64,000 nucleotides of DNA, from contig JAWSUI010000006.1 of the NCBI GenBank assembly GCA_033551855.1, positions 11,189-75,188 on the forward strand, read 5' to 3'. This stretch comes from Deferrisomatales bacterium (lineage in GTDB: Bacteria; Desulfobacterota; Deferrisomatia; Deferrisomatales; JACRMM01). Both the position numbers and the translations under genes were made by a program. Below the pieces are notes generated by a model, which saw nothing but the letters and a program-made list of their open reading frames with translations, was not told the DNA's origin and ran no database searches. The stretch's first letter is position 1; each line of letters begins with the position of its first letter. Positions 41,901 to 50,781 of the stretch are shown here, one piece after another.

Positions 41901-44900
41901 CCGGTCTCTCGGGAGAGACGTGCTGCCGGGCTTCGAACACACCGGGCCCCCCGGGGGGGGGTCCGATCGTGGGGCCCTGTCTGCCTGCAGAGTGGGAAAC
42001 GAGCCTCGGTTCCCGTGGAACCTCCAGGTGCCCTCGAGCGAAGAGCCGGGCAAGGGCGGTCCGGTAGGTCGGGGCCTCTGCGGCGGGAAGGCACGTCTGG
42101 ATGCATTCCGGTTCCGCAAGCGTGTCGGTGATGAGGTCGCTCAGGGTATCGCCGGGGCCCACTTCCACGAAGAGCCGGACTCCGTAATCGTTCCAGAGGG
42201 CCCGGACGTTGCTCATCCAGTGGACGGTGGACTCCAGGTGGGCCATGAGAATGCGCCGGATCTCGGTGGGATCGGATGGATAGGGCGCCATGGTCGTGTT
42301 GGAGAGGACGGGAATCTGCGGGGCATGAAAGGGGATGGAGGAAACGTAGGCCTCGAGCTCCTCGTGGATGACCCGCATGATGGGGGAGTGGAAGGCCATG
42401 CTGACCCGCAGGAGGGTAAAACGGTATCCCCCCTCCTTCAGTTCCACGCCCAGAGCCCGGATGGCGTCGGTCTTGCCGCTCAGGACGACCTGTCGGGGTG
42501 CGTTGATATTGCCGATGTGGACGTCGCTCCGGCCCCGGAGCATCTCCTGCAGCAGCTCCAGGGGGGCGTCCGTGGCCGCCATGACCCCGGGGTCCCCGTG
42601 CAGGGCACCGGCCTTGTCCATGCAGATGGCCCGCTTGTTCACGATCCGAAAGCCGTCCTCCACGCAATAGACGCCGGCCAGGCACAGGGCGGTCAGCTCG
42701 CCCAGGCTGTGGCCGGCCATGGCCACGGGGCGAACGCCGAGGGCGAGGAGGTGTCGCGCCAGGGCGTGCTCCACGGCGAAGAGGGCGGGTTGTTGCCACC
42801 GGGTCTCTTGCAGGTCCCCCTCGCGATCGCGGAACAGGAGGTCGAGGAGGTCGAAGTCCGCGGCCGCTGCCGCCCGATCCATCCACTCCCGGATGACGGA
42901 AGAGGACTCGTAGAGGTCCCGCCCCATTCCCGCGTACTGTGACCCCTGCCCCGGAAACACCAGGGCGAGCGGCAAGGCCGGAGCGTCGTCGCGGCCTAGG
43001 AAGATCCCCTGCCGGGCCAGGGACCGCGCCGCCTTGGGTGAAGCGACGGCGGCTTCGGCAAGGGCGGCGGGGCTCCCGATGGCGGAGAGCGCGTCCTCTT
43101 CGGATGGCGCCACGACCCCAATCCGGAAGTTGCGACCGCCCAGCTGGTCCCGCAAGAAGGAAACACCCGGGAGCACGGAACGGCCGCCCGTCCCCTCCGT
43201 GAGATTCGGGCTGCTGCCGGGTGAGACCAGGATCGTCCCCGCCGGATCCAGGTCCTCTTCCACCTGCACGACGTAGTTGGAACCCCCGAACCCGAAGGCG
43301 TTGACCTGAAGCCTCCGGGGCCGGCCGTCCCTGCGCTTCCAGTCGAGCGGCTCCCGGGGGAGGAGGAGCCCGGAGCCTTCCAGGGCGATGTCCGGGTCCG
43401 GGTGCTCGTAGTTGAGGGTGGGCGGAAAGACCCCCGCGTTCATCGCGCTGACGCCCCGAATGAGGCTGTTGAGGCCCGAGGCGCCCAGGGTGTGTCCGAT
43501 CTGGGATTTGAACGAGGAGATCACGGTGCGCCGGGAGGAGGGGAAGAAGGTCTTGAGGGCGCGGATCTCCTCCACGTCCCCCTGCCGGGTGCTCGTCCCG
43601 TGGCATTCCACCAGGTCCACGGCGTCGGGCCCATAGGGCGTGTCGCGAAACGAGGTGCGCATGGCGAGGGCCTGGGTGGCGCTGGAGGACTCCACCATCC
43701 CGCGGTGGTTGTTGCTCGCTCCCAGGCCGGTAATCACCACGTGGACCGGCGCCCCTCGCGCGCGCGCCACGCTTTCCCGCTCGATGACGATCATGCCCCC
43801 GCCCTCGCCGAGGACCATCCCGTCTCTCTCGGCATCGAACGGCCGGGAGGCCTCCCGGGGGGGTCTCTCCCGCCCCGACAGCCCGTACAGCGCACCCAGG
43901 GCGGAAAACTCCAGGAAATGCAGGTGGGTGAGGGGTTCCTCGCCGCCCCCGACGATCGCCGCGTCGATGATGCCGTTTCGGATCATCTGGACGGCGCTGT
44001 GGAGTGCGACCAGCGAGGTGGCGCAGGCGGCGGAGACGGAGTAGCTGGGCCCCATGAACCCGTACCGGTTGCAGACGAAGCCGCCCGCTGCGCAGTTGAG
44101 TCTGCCCAGCAGGGTGGTGTCGTCCGGAGCCATGCGCCCGGACTTCACCTGCCGTTCGATGGCCCTCAACTGCTCCGGCGTGAGGGGAACGGCCTTCCGG
44201 ATGTCGGCGAGGATGTCGTGAACGTACGCCCGGATGTGCAGGTCGGTGAGGGGACCCGCCGCCTCTCCCGAGTTCTGGGAGATGAGGACTCCGATGCGCT
44301 CGCGGGGGATGCCCGACTCCAGGATGCCCGACGCCCGGATGGCCCCGTCCGCCAGCCACAGGGTGAGCCTGGTGGCTTCGGTCATGGTCCGGAAGTCGTG
44401 GGGAGGGATGCCGAGCCCGTTGCGGGAGACCCGGAAGTCCACGAAGGCCCCCACCTTGCAGTAGGTCTTGTCCGGGGCGTAAGGCTGGGGATCGTAGAAG
44501 CGTTCGTGATCCCACCGCGAAGGCGGAACCGGCGTGATCCCGCTTTGCAGAGCGAGGCTTGCCGCCCACACCTCTTCGGGGCTCTTCCCCAGGGCATTGA
44601 CGAGGCTCATCCCGGTGACGACGACCCGTTCGCGATCGCCCCGGGTGGGGGCGCCCCCCCCTTGCGATGTCCAGTGGCCGACCGCGGGGGATGGAACGCC
44701 TCTCGATCGCGAGGCGTCGGGGGGAGGTTCCGAGAGGCCCGCGTTGGACCCCAGGAACGGCTGGTGCAGCACGAGCGGGCTTTCGGCCAGCTCGCGGTGA
44801 AACGACTCCAGATCCCGGGCCTCTCGGAGGAGGCCGGCGCAGGCCCCGCTCAGGAAGCGCCCGCGCTCCAGGCAGGCCTCCTCATCCAGGGGTGTCCCCC

Positions 44901-46797
44901 CCGGCCGGTCCAGGCCCCGGGCCGCGGTGAAGAGGCTCCCCGCCGTCATCTCCTCGGTCTGGGTCCGGAAGGAACGCTCGTCTTGGCGGCCTGCTGCAAA
45001 CTCCCTCTCCAGGGACAAAATGGCAGCGACGCGCGGAGTCCCCAAAGATCGCACCCGAAGCCCGGTGGCCTGGCCCGAGACGACGGTTCCCCCGAGGGGC
45101 GACTCCAGGATCAGTCGCTGATAGAGCGCGGTCAACGCGCCGGTCTCGATCATCTCCCGGCTGGTGAGATAGGCGGTGCCCATCTGGACGGCGTCGGCGC
45201 CGAGCATGGCGGCGATGAAGGCGGTCTCCCGGTTGAAGATCCCTCCTGCGAGGATCACGCGGCAGCCTTGGAACAGGGATGGCTTGCGCCGCTTCAGCTC
45301 CAGCACCATCTGAGCGAGGGTGAGGGTGCTGTGTGGCCCCACGTGGCCGCCCGCCTCGTAGCCCTCGCAGACCACCCACCGGACGCCCGCCTCGAGGGCC
45401 AGCGTCAACAGCGCCTCGTCGGGAGCGATGTACACGACCGCCAGACCGAGCTCGAGCAGCTCCTTGACGGGGGAGAGGTCACCGCCCGCGACCCAGACGA
45501 GACGGGGCCTGTGTTTCTTGATCCAGGCCAGGTGCGTCTCCCGGCAACGGTTCTCTGCCAGGGCGATGACATTCACGGCGTAAGGGCGCCCTTCCATGGC
45601 CTCCTGCAGCCGTCCGAGCCTCCGGTCCAGGGCCTCCTCGTCCATCAGGCCCAGGGCGATGGTGGGCAGTCCACCGGCAGCGGCAACCCTTGCGGCCAGC
45701 TCGGGGACATCGGTGATGGACGCCATGGCGCCCTGGATGAAGGGGTACCTGGTTCCCAGCTCCCTGGCGACGGGGCTGCGCAAGAAACCATCCCTCTTGG
45801 CGTCAGCCAAGCGGCAGCAAGACCGAATCTCTTCGATGAAGGCCCCTACGGCCCCCTCGGTTCCAGACCCGAAACGCTCCACGAACGACGCCGCAAAGGC
45901 AGCCTCCACCGCCAGTGGGATGACCTCGTCCGGGGCGAAACGGCTCTCCAGGGGGTGAACGGCCCTGCCGTGTACCTGACTCGAGAACGACCGCCGGCTT
46001 TCCTCCGTGACCCCTGCCCTGCACAGCGAGCTCTCGAGCGCCCTGAGCTCCTGGAACGCCAAGGAGTTCCCCTTGTTGAACAGGCGCCAGGGCGTTCGCA
46101 GCTCCAGCCCCACCAGCTCCGTGGAGTCCAACCGGAGGTTGGCGAGCTGCCGGCGCTGGTGCGAATCCACCGCAACCAGGTCCGTCAGCCAGTGGACGCT
46201 CTCGAAGACGATTCCGGCAGCCCCCGTGGACAGGAAGGCCGCGGCCGCCTCAGGAGTGGAGACGCCTCCCCACACAAGGATGTCCGGCACGTTCGAGGAG
46301 CTGCCCCGCATCTCCTTGGCCGCGGAATAGAGCGTCAAGGTCGTCTCGGCACCGACCAACCCAGAGGCCTCGCAACCCTTCAGGACGACGCGCTCGATGC
46401 TTGGGTGATCGTTGATGATGTCCGCCAGGAGAGCCGCGTCACCGATAATCGGGAAGCAATGGCGGCTCGCCGACAACTCCTCCCATCTCCGAAAAACGCT
46501 GGAAGGGTCTCCGGCAAACAGGGATGGGTGAAGCTCCACCCAAATGTTCTTGACCCCGGTTCCCTCGAGGGCCTGGTGCAACGATGGGTCAAGAAACGTA
46601 GTGGCAGAAATCTTGACGTCGAGAACCTTGTCGGAGGAGTCCGATGTTCGAAACAAAGAACATAGCGCGTCGACAGCCATCGTAGAGCAGTCAAATACTG
46701 CCCTGCTTCCTGTTCTTCGGGCCATTTCGATCACCTCTTGCGTGATCTCTTTTGGCCTCCAGACGAAACTGATGAAAGAATCAAAGTGCTGGGCCAC
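38992..46797 (-). CDS. Type I polyketide/fatty acid synthase: degenerate ER-like + FabK/PfaD-like ER, KS, AT, ACP, KR, DH; no thioesterase
   Basis: EGYEAGGHVG/GADAVQMGT; KS AACATS, ECHGTST, KSQIGHT; AT GHSLG, AFHS; ACP DLSIRS; KR GGASGIG, YAAAN; DH WLADHRP. Confidence 0.92.
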   Translation of the reverse strand: MAQHFDSFISFVWRPKEITQEVIEMARRTGSRAVFDCSTMAVDALCSLFRTSDSSDKVLDVKISATTFLDPSLHQALEGTGVKNIWVELHPSLFAGDPSSVFRRWEELSASRHCFPIIGDAALLADIINDHPSIERVVLKGCEASGLVGAETTLTLYSAAKEMRGSSSNVPDILVWGGVSTPEAAAAFLSTGAAGIVFESVHWLTDLVAVDSHQRRQLANLRLDSTELVGLELRTPWRLFNKGNSLAFQELRALESSLCRAGVTEESRRSFSSQVHGRAVHPLESRFAPDEVIPLAVEAAFAASFVERFGSGTEGAVGAFIEEIRSCCRLADAKRDGFLRSPVARELGTRYPFIQGAMASITDVPELAARVAAAGGLPTIALGLMDEEALDRRLGRLQEAMEGRPYAVNVIALAENRCRETHLAWIKKHRPRLVWVAGGDLSPVKELLELGLAVVYIAPDEALLTLALEAGVRWVVCEGYEAGGHVGPHSTLTLAQMVLELKRRKPSLFQGCRVILAGGIFNRETAFIAAMLGADAVQMGTAYLTSREMIETGALTALYQRLILESPLGGTVVSGQATGLRVRSLGTPRVAAILSLEREFAAGRQDERSFRTQTEEMTAGSLFTAARGLDRPGGTPLDEEACLERGRFLSGACAGLLREARDLESFHRELAESPLVLHQPFLGSNAGLSEPPPDASRSRGVPSPAVGHWTSQGGGAPTRGDRERVVVTGMSLVNALGKSPEEVWAASLALQSGITPVPPSRWDHERFYDPQPYAPDKTYCKVGAFVDFRVSRNGLGIPPHDFRTMTEATRLTLWLADGAIRASGILESGIPRERIGVLISQNSGEAAGPLTDLHIRAYVHDILADIRKAVPLTPEQLRAIERQVKSGRMAPDDTTLLGRLNCAAGGFVCNRYGFMGPSYSVSAACATSLVALHSAVQMIRNGIIDAAIVGGGEEPLTHLHFLEFSALGALYGLSGRERPPREASRPFDAERDGMVLGEGGGMIVIERESVARARGAPVHVVITGLGASNNHRGMVESSSATQALAMRTSFRDTPYGPDAVDLVECHGTSTRQGDVEEIRALKTFFPSSRRTVISSFKSQIGHTLGASGLNSLIRGVSAMNAGVFPPTLNYEHPDPDIALEGSGLLLPREPLDWKRRDGRPRRLQVNAFGFGGSNYVVQVEEDLDPAGTILVSPGSSPNLTEGTGGRSVLPGVSFLRDQLGGRNFRIGVVAPSEEDALSAIGSPAALAEAAVASPKAARSLARQGIFLGRDDAPALPLALVFPGQGSQYAGMGRDLYESSSVIREWMDRAAAAADFDLLDLLFRDREGDLQETRWQQPALFAVEHALARHLLALGVRPVAMAGHSLGELTALCLAGVYCVEDGFRIVNKRAICMDKAGALHGDPGVMAATDAPLELLQEMLRGRSDVHIGNINAPRQVVLSGKTDAIRALGVELKEGGYRFTLLRVSMAFHSPIMRVIHEELEAYVSSIPFHAPQIPVLSNTTMAPYPSDPTEIRRILMAHLESTVHWMSNVRALWNDYGVRLFVEVGPGDTLSDLITDTLAEPECIQTCLPAAEAPTYRTALARLFARGHLEVPREPRLVSHSAGRQGPTIGPPPGGPGVFEARQHVSPERPAAPPLDVAPAIPEPAAPLPAEAPEAQGLMERLIRIIMDATGYTREEIQPEMDLRRDLSIRSSRLPIIMDAAERLFGITIELEDFIEVRTVQDIADRISEIIGRQGGPGEGPAARAADPGAAPGAVPEPGPEEGDRANGVEDACLKRCVFTLAPVEPAASAPLALSPGDAVVLLSPDREDALARSADELLRKGTGVETVPLPYLPEHGGPGEEGPDLRTAAGVARLSERIAGLASRAGLVITLPRGRPQGLADMAEVARLLAGLFQLVQAFLQPPARKFVVLIHDTREEPDTPGRLLAEGLLGLFLSAAQEQPSTQFRTLEVDRDTDLPPALRAALDRGCPAVELVHREGGLLTSRAQAVPAVFGGAPSLELSPGDVVILSGGASGIGARLARGLAPFAPRLVLLGRTPPGPGPGPRPLESRPGSSSPPSAPEGSHAREIAQTLADLRASGIEATYLTCDVTDPEAVRAALGEVVERFGRIDGIIHGAGVLRDGLLADLTPEELSLVADVKFLGAWNLFTAAAGAGLRFFVGLSSVAAIQGNPGQTNYAAANRMMSALLPYLRAKNPAIHFKALMLPPIEGTGMAEDPEVRHALRRRGVAYIHVQELVALFCRELFVAPAEDVRVLFLRALPAVKAAPLGDFGRPPLRGRLDGGPVALSDRDFPLIDGISRLDLRRGHLEATRTFFDAHDLWLADHRPLKSLAHPLVSAAMMVETFLEAARILYPHLPVRGVRQVRFLDTISCPAGVSRPARISCRRVGAEPGAVVCEVSLSAQELSPTGRLPTRRLDERFTPYCTGQVVLGGGPAELAEWLQDFPVRPEELRTPPVPHGELLQWYERRTGLQGRYRVLEVLDGAGPRTVRGRTVYRETGDFAQLPAACYQYSPYLLEALMQLAGFHGPAMDPQDRRSMLPVGIGEMRFPRLCRPGEPITLEARLRAPAEDSLTWDARGVDAQGHTLMQVRTLRLQRASP

Positions 46798-46896
46798 TAG
46801 GTCACAACTCCAATGAGAAAGCGGTCATTGTCCAGTTGACGACGATGCGCCAGTTGGTTCCGTGCCACCCGATTCGGCGGGCCAACATTACGCGGG

Positions 46897-47742
46897 TCAC
46901 TTCTTCAAAGCAAGATACCATTCGGTCGCATCGCTCCCGATGCCAAGCTCGACAAGGTGGCGCAGGTCCGTTTCCAGAACCTCGGGAGTGCTGTACTCCA
47001 GAATGCGGTATTTCGGATCCGTCCAGACGCGCCGCCTCTGACCCCAGATGCTCACTTCCCGCGGCCCGGTGAGGCGAATGCGGTGGATCAGGTGGATTCC
47101 GGCCAGCGCCGCAACTTCGATCACCATATCGGTGCAGTTGTTGGCCGTCACGCCGAACTGGTCGTACTTCCTTTGCATCACGTATTCATGGATCCGTTGA
47201 TGCCGCCGTCGGGTGATCGGCATGCGCCAGACGAACGTGGGGGGACGATTGGGCCTGCCGGTCTGGAACGTGCCGTCGGACCTCGTCTGCCACAGGTACG
47301 CGATCGCATCGGGATGGCCCTCGCGGGTTCGCTGGAACACACCATCATGGTACCGCGGCCCAACGAGCCCCAGGTCGCCGGTGTGGCCGAACTCCCAGCG
47401 ATTCTCGGGACTCTCCAAGATGAGCCAGCTATGCCCCCAGGGACGCTGCCAGATGGAGAAGAGCAGCGACCGCGTCGTGCTGTAGTCCCAACGGGCAGCT
47501 TCGTTCAGGACATGCAGGAAATACCCCTCGTCTCCGACCGGTGTGTATGTGGCGGGGTCCAGGTCGGCATCGGCGGTGAAACGGCGCACGATTCCGATCG
47601 GCTGGGCACTGTAGCCATCGGGTTGCATCGGAGCGAAGAGCCTGGGGGTTCCGCCGGCACATCGGAGGGCAACCCCCGCCAGCCATCTCATCGCTGCTTG
47701 GACAGGCCCTCGATACCCTTCTTTGCTCGCCGTTTTCGTCAT
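46897..47742 (-). CDS. Hypothetical protein with permuted papain-like His...NC motif pattern
   Basis: WGHSW...ANNCTD; translationally coupled (ATGA) to upstream gene. Confidence 0.65.
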   Translation of the reverse strand: MTKTASKEGYRGPVQAAMRWLAGVALRCAGGTPRLFAPMQPDGYSAQPIGIVRRFTADADLDPATYTPVGDEGYFLHVLNEAARWDYSTTRSLLFSIWQRPWGHSWLILESPENRWEFGHTGDLGLVGPRYHDGVFQRTREGHPDAIAYLWQTRSDGTFQTGRPNRPPTFVWRMPITRRRHQRIHEYVMQRKYDQFGVTANNCTDMVIEVAALAGIHLIHRIRLTGPREVSIWGQRRRVWTDPKYRILEYSTPEVLETDLRHLVELGIGSDATEWYLALKK

Positions 47743-48860
47743 AGGGTTTTTCTGAAGATTCTATACTTCTTGTGTGGTCTTGCACCCGTTTCCTCGATCA
47801 AGGAGTTGATCGACTCGTTGTCCTCCAGGGTCCAGCCCATCTCCAGCTTTTCAAACTTCTTCTTTTCCCTGGCAATTTCATAGATGTGCCGGAAAGCCAA
47901 TATGGGAAACCCCAGTTGACGGTACTTCTCCTTGACCCCAAACATCAGCAACCTCAACCCGTTGATTTCCCGCCGGTAGAGGAGTGCCTTTGCAATGCCC
48001 AGCAGGCCGATCCGGCCGTTGAGGCGTTTGAGCAAGGGGTTGATGTCGGGAAAGATCACGCAGACCGCCGCTGGTTCCTCTTCATGGTGGATGAAGAACA
48101 CGAGATCCGGGTCCGCGAAGGGCTTCACGCTCTTCTGGATGTCCTTCATTTCGCGATCGCTCAAAGGGACAAAACCCCAATTCCCGGACCAGGACTCATT
48201 GTATATTTCCCGGATCAGGCCGAATTCTGCATCCCGATTCTCCGGGTCTACCTGCCGGATACGGACACCCTTCTTGTTGGCGACCTTTTCAGCAAGACGC
48301 TCCATCCAATCCGGCAGCCGGTACTCTCCTTCTATTTTGAAGGCCAACAGATCCTTTTCTTTGGTGAAACCGTAGGATTCGGCCAGCCGTTGGTAATACG
48401 GCGGGTTGTACGCCATCATCACGGCAGGCGGAACTTCGAAACCTTCGATGAGCAAGCCCGCTTCGTAATTCAACGAAGGGCTGAGCGGACCCCTCAGGAA
48501 CGTCATCCCCTTCTGCCGCGCCCAGGTCTCCACGGAAGAGTAGAGGGCCGCCGCGACCTCCGGGTCGTCCGTGCACTCGAAGAAACCCCAGATGGCCATC
48601 TTCTCGTCGTGGCACTCGTTCGAGCGACGGTCGATGATGCCGGCGATCCTTCCCACCGTCTTCGATCCGCGCCGGGCCAGAAAGAGGATGCGCTCGGAAA
48701 ACTCCCAGAAAGGGTGTGCATCGGGGGTCAACAGGCGGCGAACCTCTTTCCTTAGGGGGGGGACCCAATGGGGGAAGTCGGCATAGATCTTCCAAGGAAG
48801 GTCGATGAAGGCCTGCCAGTCCGATCGGGAGTCGACAGGAAGAATCTCTACGCCGGCCAT
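47739..48860 (-). CDS. GNAT N-acyltransferase resembling bacterial ceramide synthase (YghO/bCerS-like)
   Basis: FIDLPWKIY..PHWVPPL...GRIAG...WGFFEC...GLLIEGF...YNPPYY...WSGNWGFVP...WTLEDN. Confidence 0.8.
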   Translation of the reverse strand: MAGVEILPVDSRSDWQAFIDLPWKIYADFPHWVPPLRKEVRRLLTPDAHPFWEFSERILFLARRGSKTVGRIAGIIDRRSNECHDEKMAIWGFFECTDDPEVAAALYSSVETWARQKGMTFLRGPLSPSLNYEAGLLIEGFEVPPAVMMAYNPPYYQRLAESYGFTKEKDLLAFKIEGEYRLPDWMERLAEKVANKKGVRIRQVDPENRDAEFGLIREIYNESWSGNWGFVPLSDREMKDIQKSVKPFADPDLVFFIHHEEEPAAVCVIFPDINPLLKRLNGRIGLLGIAKALLYRREINGLRLLMFGVKEKYRQLGFPILAFRHIYEIAREKKKFEKLEMGWTLEDNESINSLIEETGARPHKKYRIFRKTL

Positions 48861-49570
48861 GGTCGCTTCCCTCGATTTGCGGCAGCCCGGGGGCCCCGCG
48901 TTCGTCCGTGTGCCGTGTAGCTGCCAATCCCTGTAGGGGCGAAGTGCGGTTCTTCCGGAAAGGGCCCCCGTCCGCCTACGTGGTCGGGCCCACCCGATCG
49001 TCCCTGGGCACGAGCACCCAGTCATTTCCGGGATGATCCGAAATTCGTTTCTCTTCCAGACCGCCTGGGTAGTCCCGTTGTAGCGGCCTGGCCGCGACGC
49101 GGGACGAGGCCGGTAGAGTGGGCACGGCCCACCGGTTTCCGGTCGTGGCGGTGGTTGCTGAAATTCTTGAGCGCTGCATGCAGGAACGATACCGCCCAAT
49201 GGTGGTCCGTCAAATTTCGAAACCCGGAAGCCCACCGCCCCGCTGGCCCGTCACATGGTGCAGTTCCGTCACATGTGGCGACCGTGGCCGGGGCGGATTT
49301 CCTTGAAAGGCTTTCCGTTTTCCTTGCATTGGCGGTGCGTTACGTGTGCGGCGCGACTCAGGGCGCTGACGGTCCATCGCTTGCACACTCTCCCTAGCAG
49401 GGCAAGCCGGCGGTGGTGAGCCCTCCACGGGGCGCGCGGGGCGGAGAAAGGGTGGTGACCAGGGGATGGTTCGATGGAGAGCTTCACGATGGAGTGGAAC
49501 CGTGGATATCCGGAGAGGGTGGTTTTCTGGGCGGCTTCCGACGGAACGGCAGACGCGAAGGGAGGACACT

Positions 49571-49750
49571 ATGAAGTCGAGCATTCGCGACAAGACCGAG
49601 GGTACGTTTCACGAGGCGAAGGGGAAGGTGAAGGAGAAGACCGGGGAGCTCATTGACAACCCCGAGCTCGAGGCCGAAGGCACTGCGGAGAAGGTCGCAG
49701 GGAAGATCCAAAAGAAGGTCGGTGACGTCAAGGAGGATCTTGGGAAATAG
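49571..49750 (+). CDS. CsbD family general stress protein
   Basis: DKTEGTFHEAKGKVKEKTG...LEAEG..EK..GKIQKKVG. Confidence 0.88.
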   Translation: MKSSIRDKTEGTFHEAKGKVKEKTGELIDNPELEAEGTAEKVAGKIQKKVGDVKEDLGK

Positions 49751-49892
49751 GTGAAGCGCTACTTCTGCAAGTTGCCATTTTGTGTGGGCCGGCATTGCAG
49801 GCAACTGGGGGTGGCGAAGCTGGTAGCAGAGTGAGTTTCCGTGCACGCAGGGCGGAACAAGACAAGAAACCACAGAATTGAGGAATCGAGCC

Positions 49893-50648
49893 ATGAAGAC
49901 AGTTTATGCAGCATCTATCGTTGTGGCAGCGGTCGCGCTGCTGGTACTGGGCGGTCTCGCCCGCGCGTCGCAAATGGACACCGACATCGAGACCAGTGCG
50001 AAACAGTCGTATGTCTTCAAAACCTACCTAGAGGGGGATGACGTGAAGGTGCAGTCCAAGGACGGAGTCGTCACGTTGACCGGAACCGTCTCCGAGGAAT
50101 CCAGGAAGTCCTTGGCCGGGGAGACCGTGGCGGCGTTGCCGAATGTGAAGAAGGTGGAAAACAAGATTGAGGTCAAGGGAGAGAGCCCTGCCGAGCGGTC
50201 GGACGCATGGCTCAAGATGAAGGTGAAGACGTCCCTCTTCTTCCATCGCAGCGTGAGCGCCTCGACCGAGGTTGACGTCAACGACGGCGTCGTGACCCTG
50301 CGAGGCGAAGCCGACAGCCAGGCGGAAAAGGACCTTACTGCCGAGTACGCCAAGGATGTGGAAGGGGTCAAGAGCGTAAAGAATGAAATGACCGTGGCAA
50401 AGAAGACCCCCAAAGAGAAGCGGACGGTAGGGGACAAGATCGACGACGCGTCCATCACTGCCCTGGTCAAGACGGCGTTGCTCACGCACAAGTCGACCAG
50501 TGGCCTCAAGACGTCCGTCCAGACCAAGGATGGTGTGGTGACCCTGAGCGGAGAGGCCGCCAACGCAGCCGAGGTGGCCTTGGCCACCAAGCGGGCAAGC
50601 GACGTCAAGGGGGTGAAGTCCGTAGACAACCGGATGACCGTCAAGTAG
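49893..50648 (+). CDS. OsmY-like protein with three BON domains
   Basis: Signal peptide; three DGVVTLxG repeats with D/S-x-W/I-x-x-x-VK motifs. Confidence 0.9.
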   Translation: MKTVYAASIVVAAVALLVLGGLARASQMDTDIETSAKQSYVFKTYLEGDDVKVQSKDGVVTLTGTVSEESRKSLAGETVAALPNVKKVENKIEVKGESPAERSDAWLKMKVKTSLFFHRSVSASTEVDVNDGVVTLRGEADSQAEKDLTAEYAKDVEGVKSVKNEMTVAKKTPKEKRTVGDKIDDASITALVKTALLTHKSTSGLKTSVQTKDGVVTLSGEAANAAEVALATKRASDVKGVKSVDNRMTVK

Positions 50649-50669
50649 TTCGGTCCCGGGCCGAGAATG

Positions 50670-50709
50670 CCAATGCCGGCTATTACGCGGCCCGAATAGC
50701 CGGCATTGG
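50670..50709. terminator. 15-bp perfect stem-loop after the BON gene
   Basis: CCAATGCCGGCTATT / AATAGCCGGCATTGG; no clear U-tract. Confidence 0.45.
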
Positions 50710-50781
50710 GCGGGGCAAACACACATGTTTTGCTACTGGGCCAAAAAATGCGGTGGTTTTCCAAGCCGGAAAGGCAACCTC

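Noticed and set aside
38851..46665. Very long alternative ORFs (38851..42942 +, 43402..46665 +, 41051..44569 -)
   Set aside because: Antisense or off-frame shadows of the PKS in high-GC DNA; no motifs
38992..46797. Canonical PUFA synthase (pfaA-E)
   Set aside because: Single ACP, no KS-CLF or FabA-type DH partner, no separate pfaB/C/D
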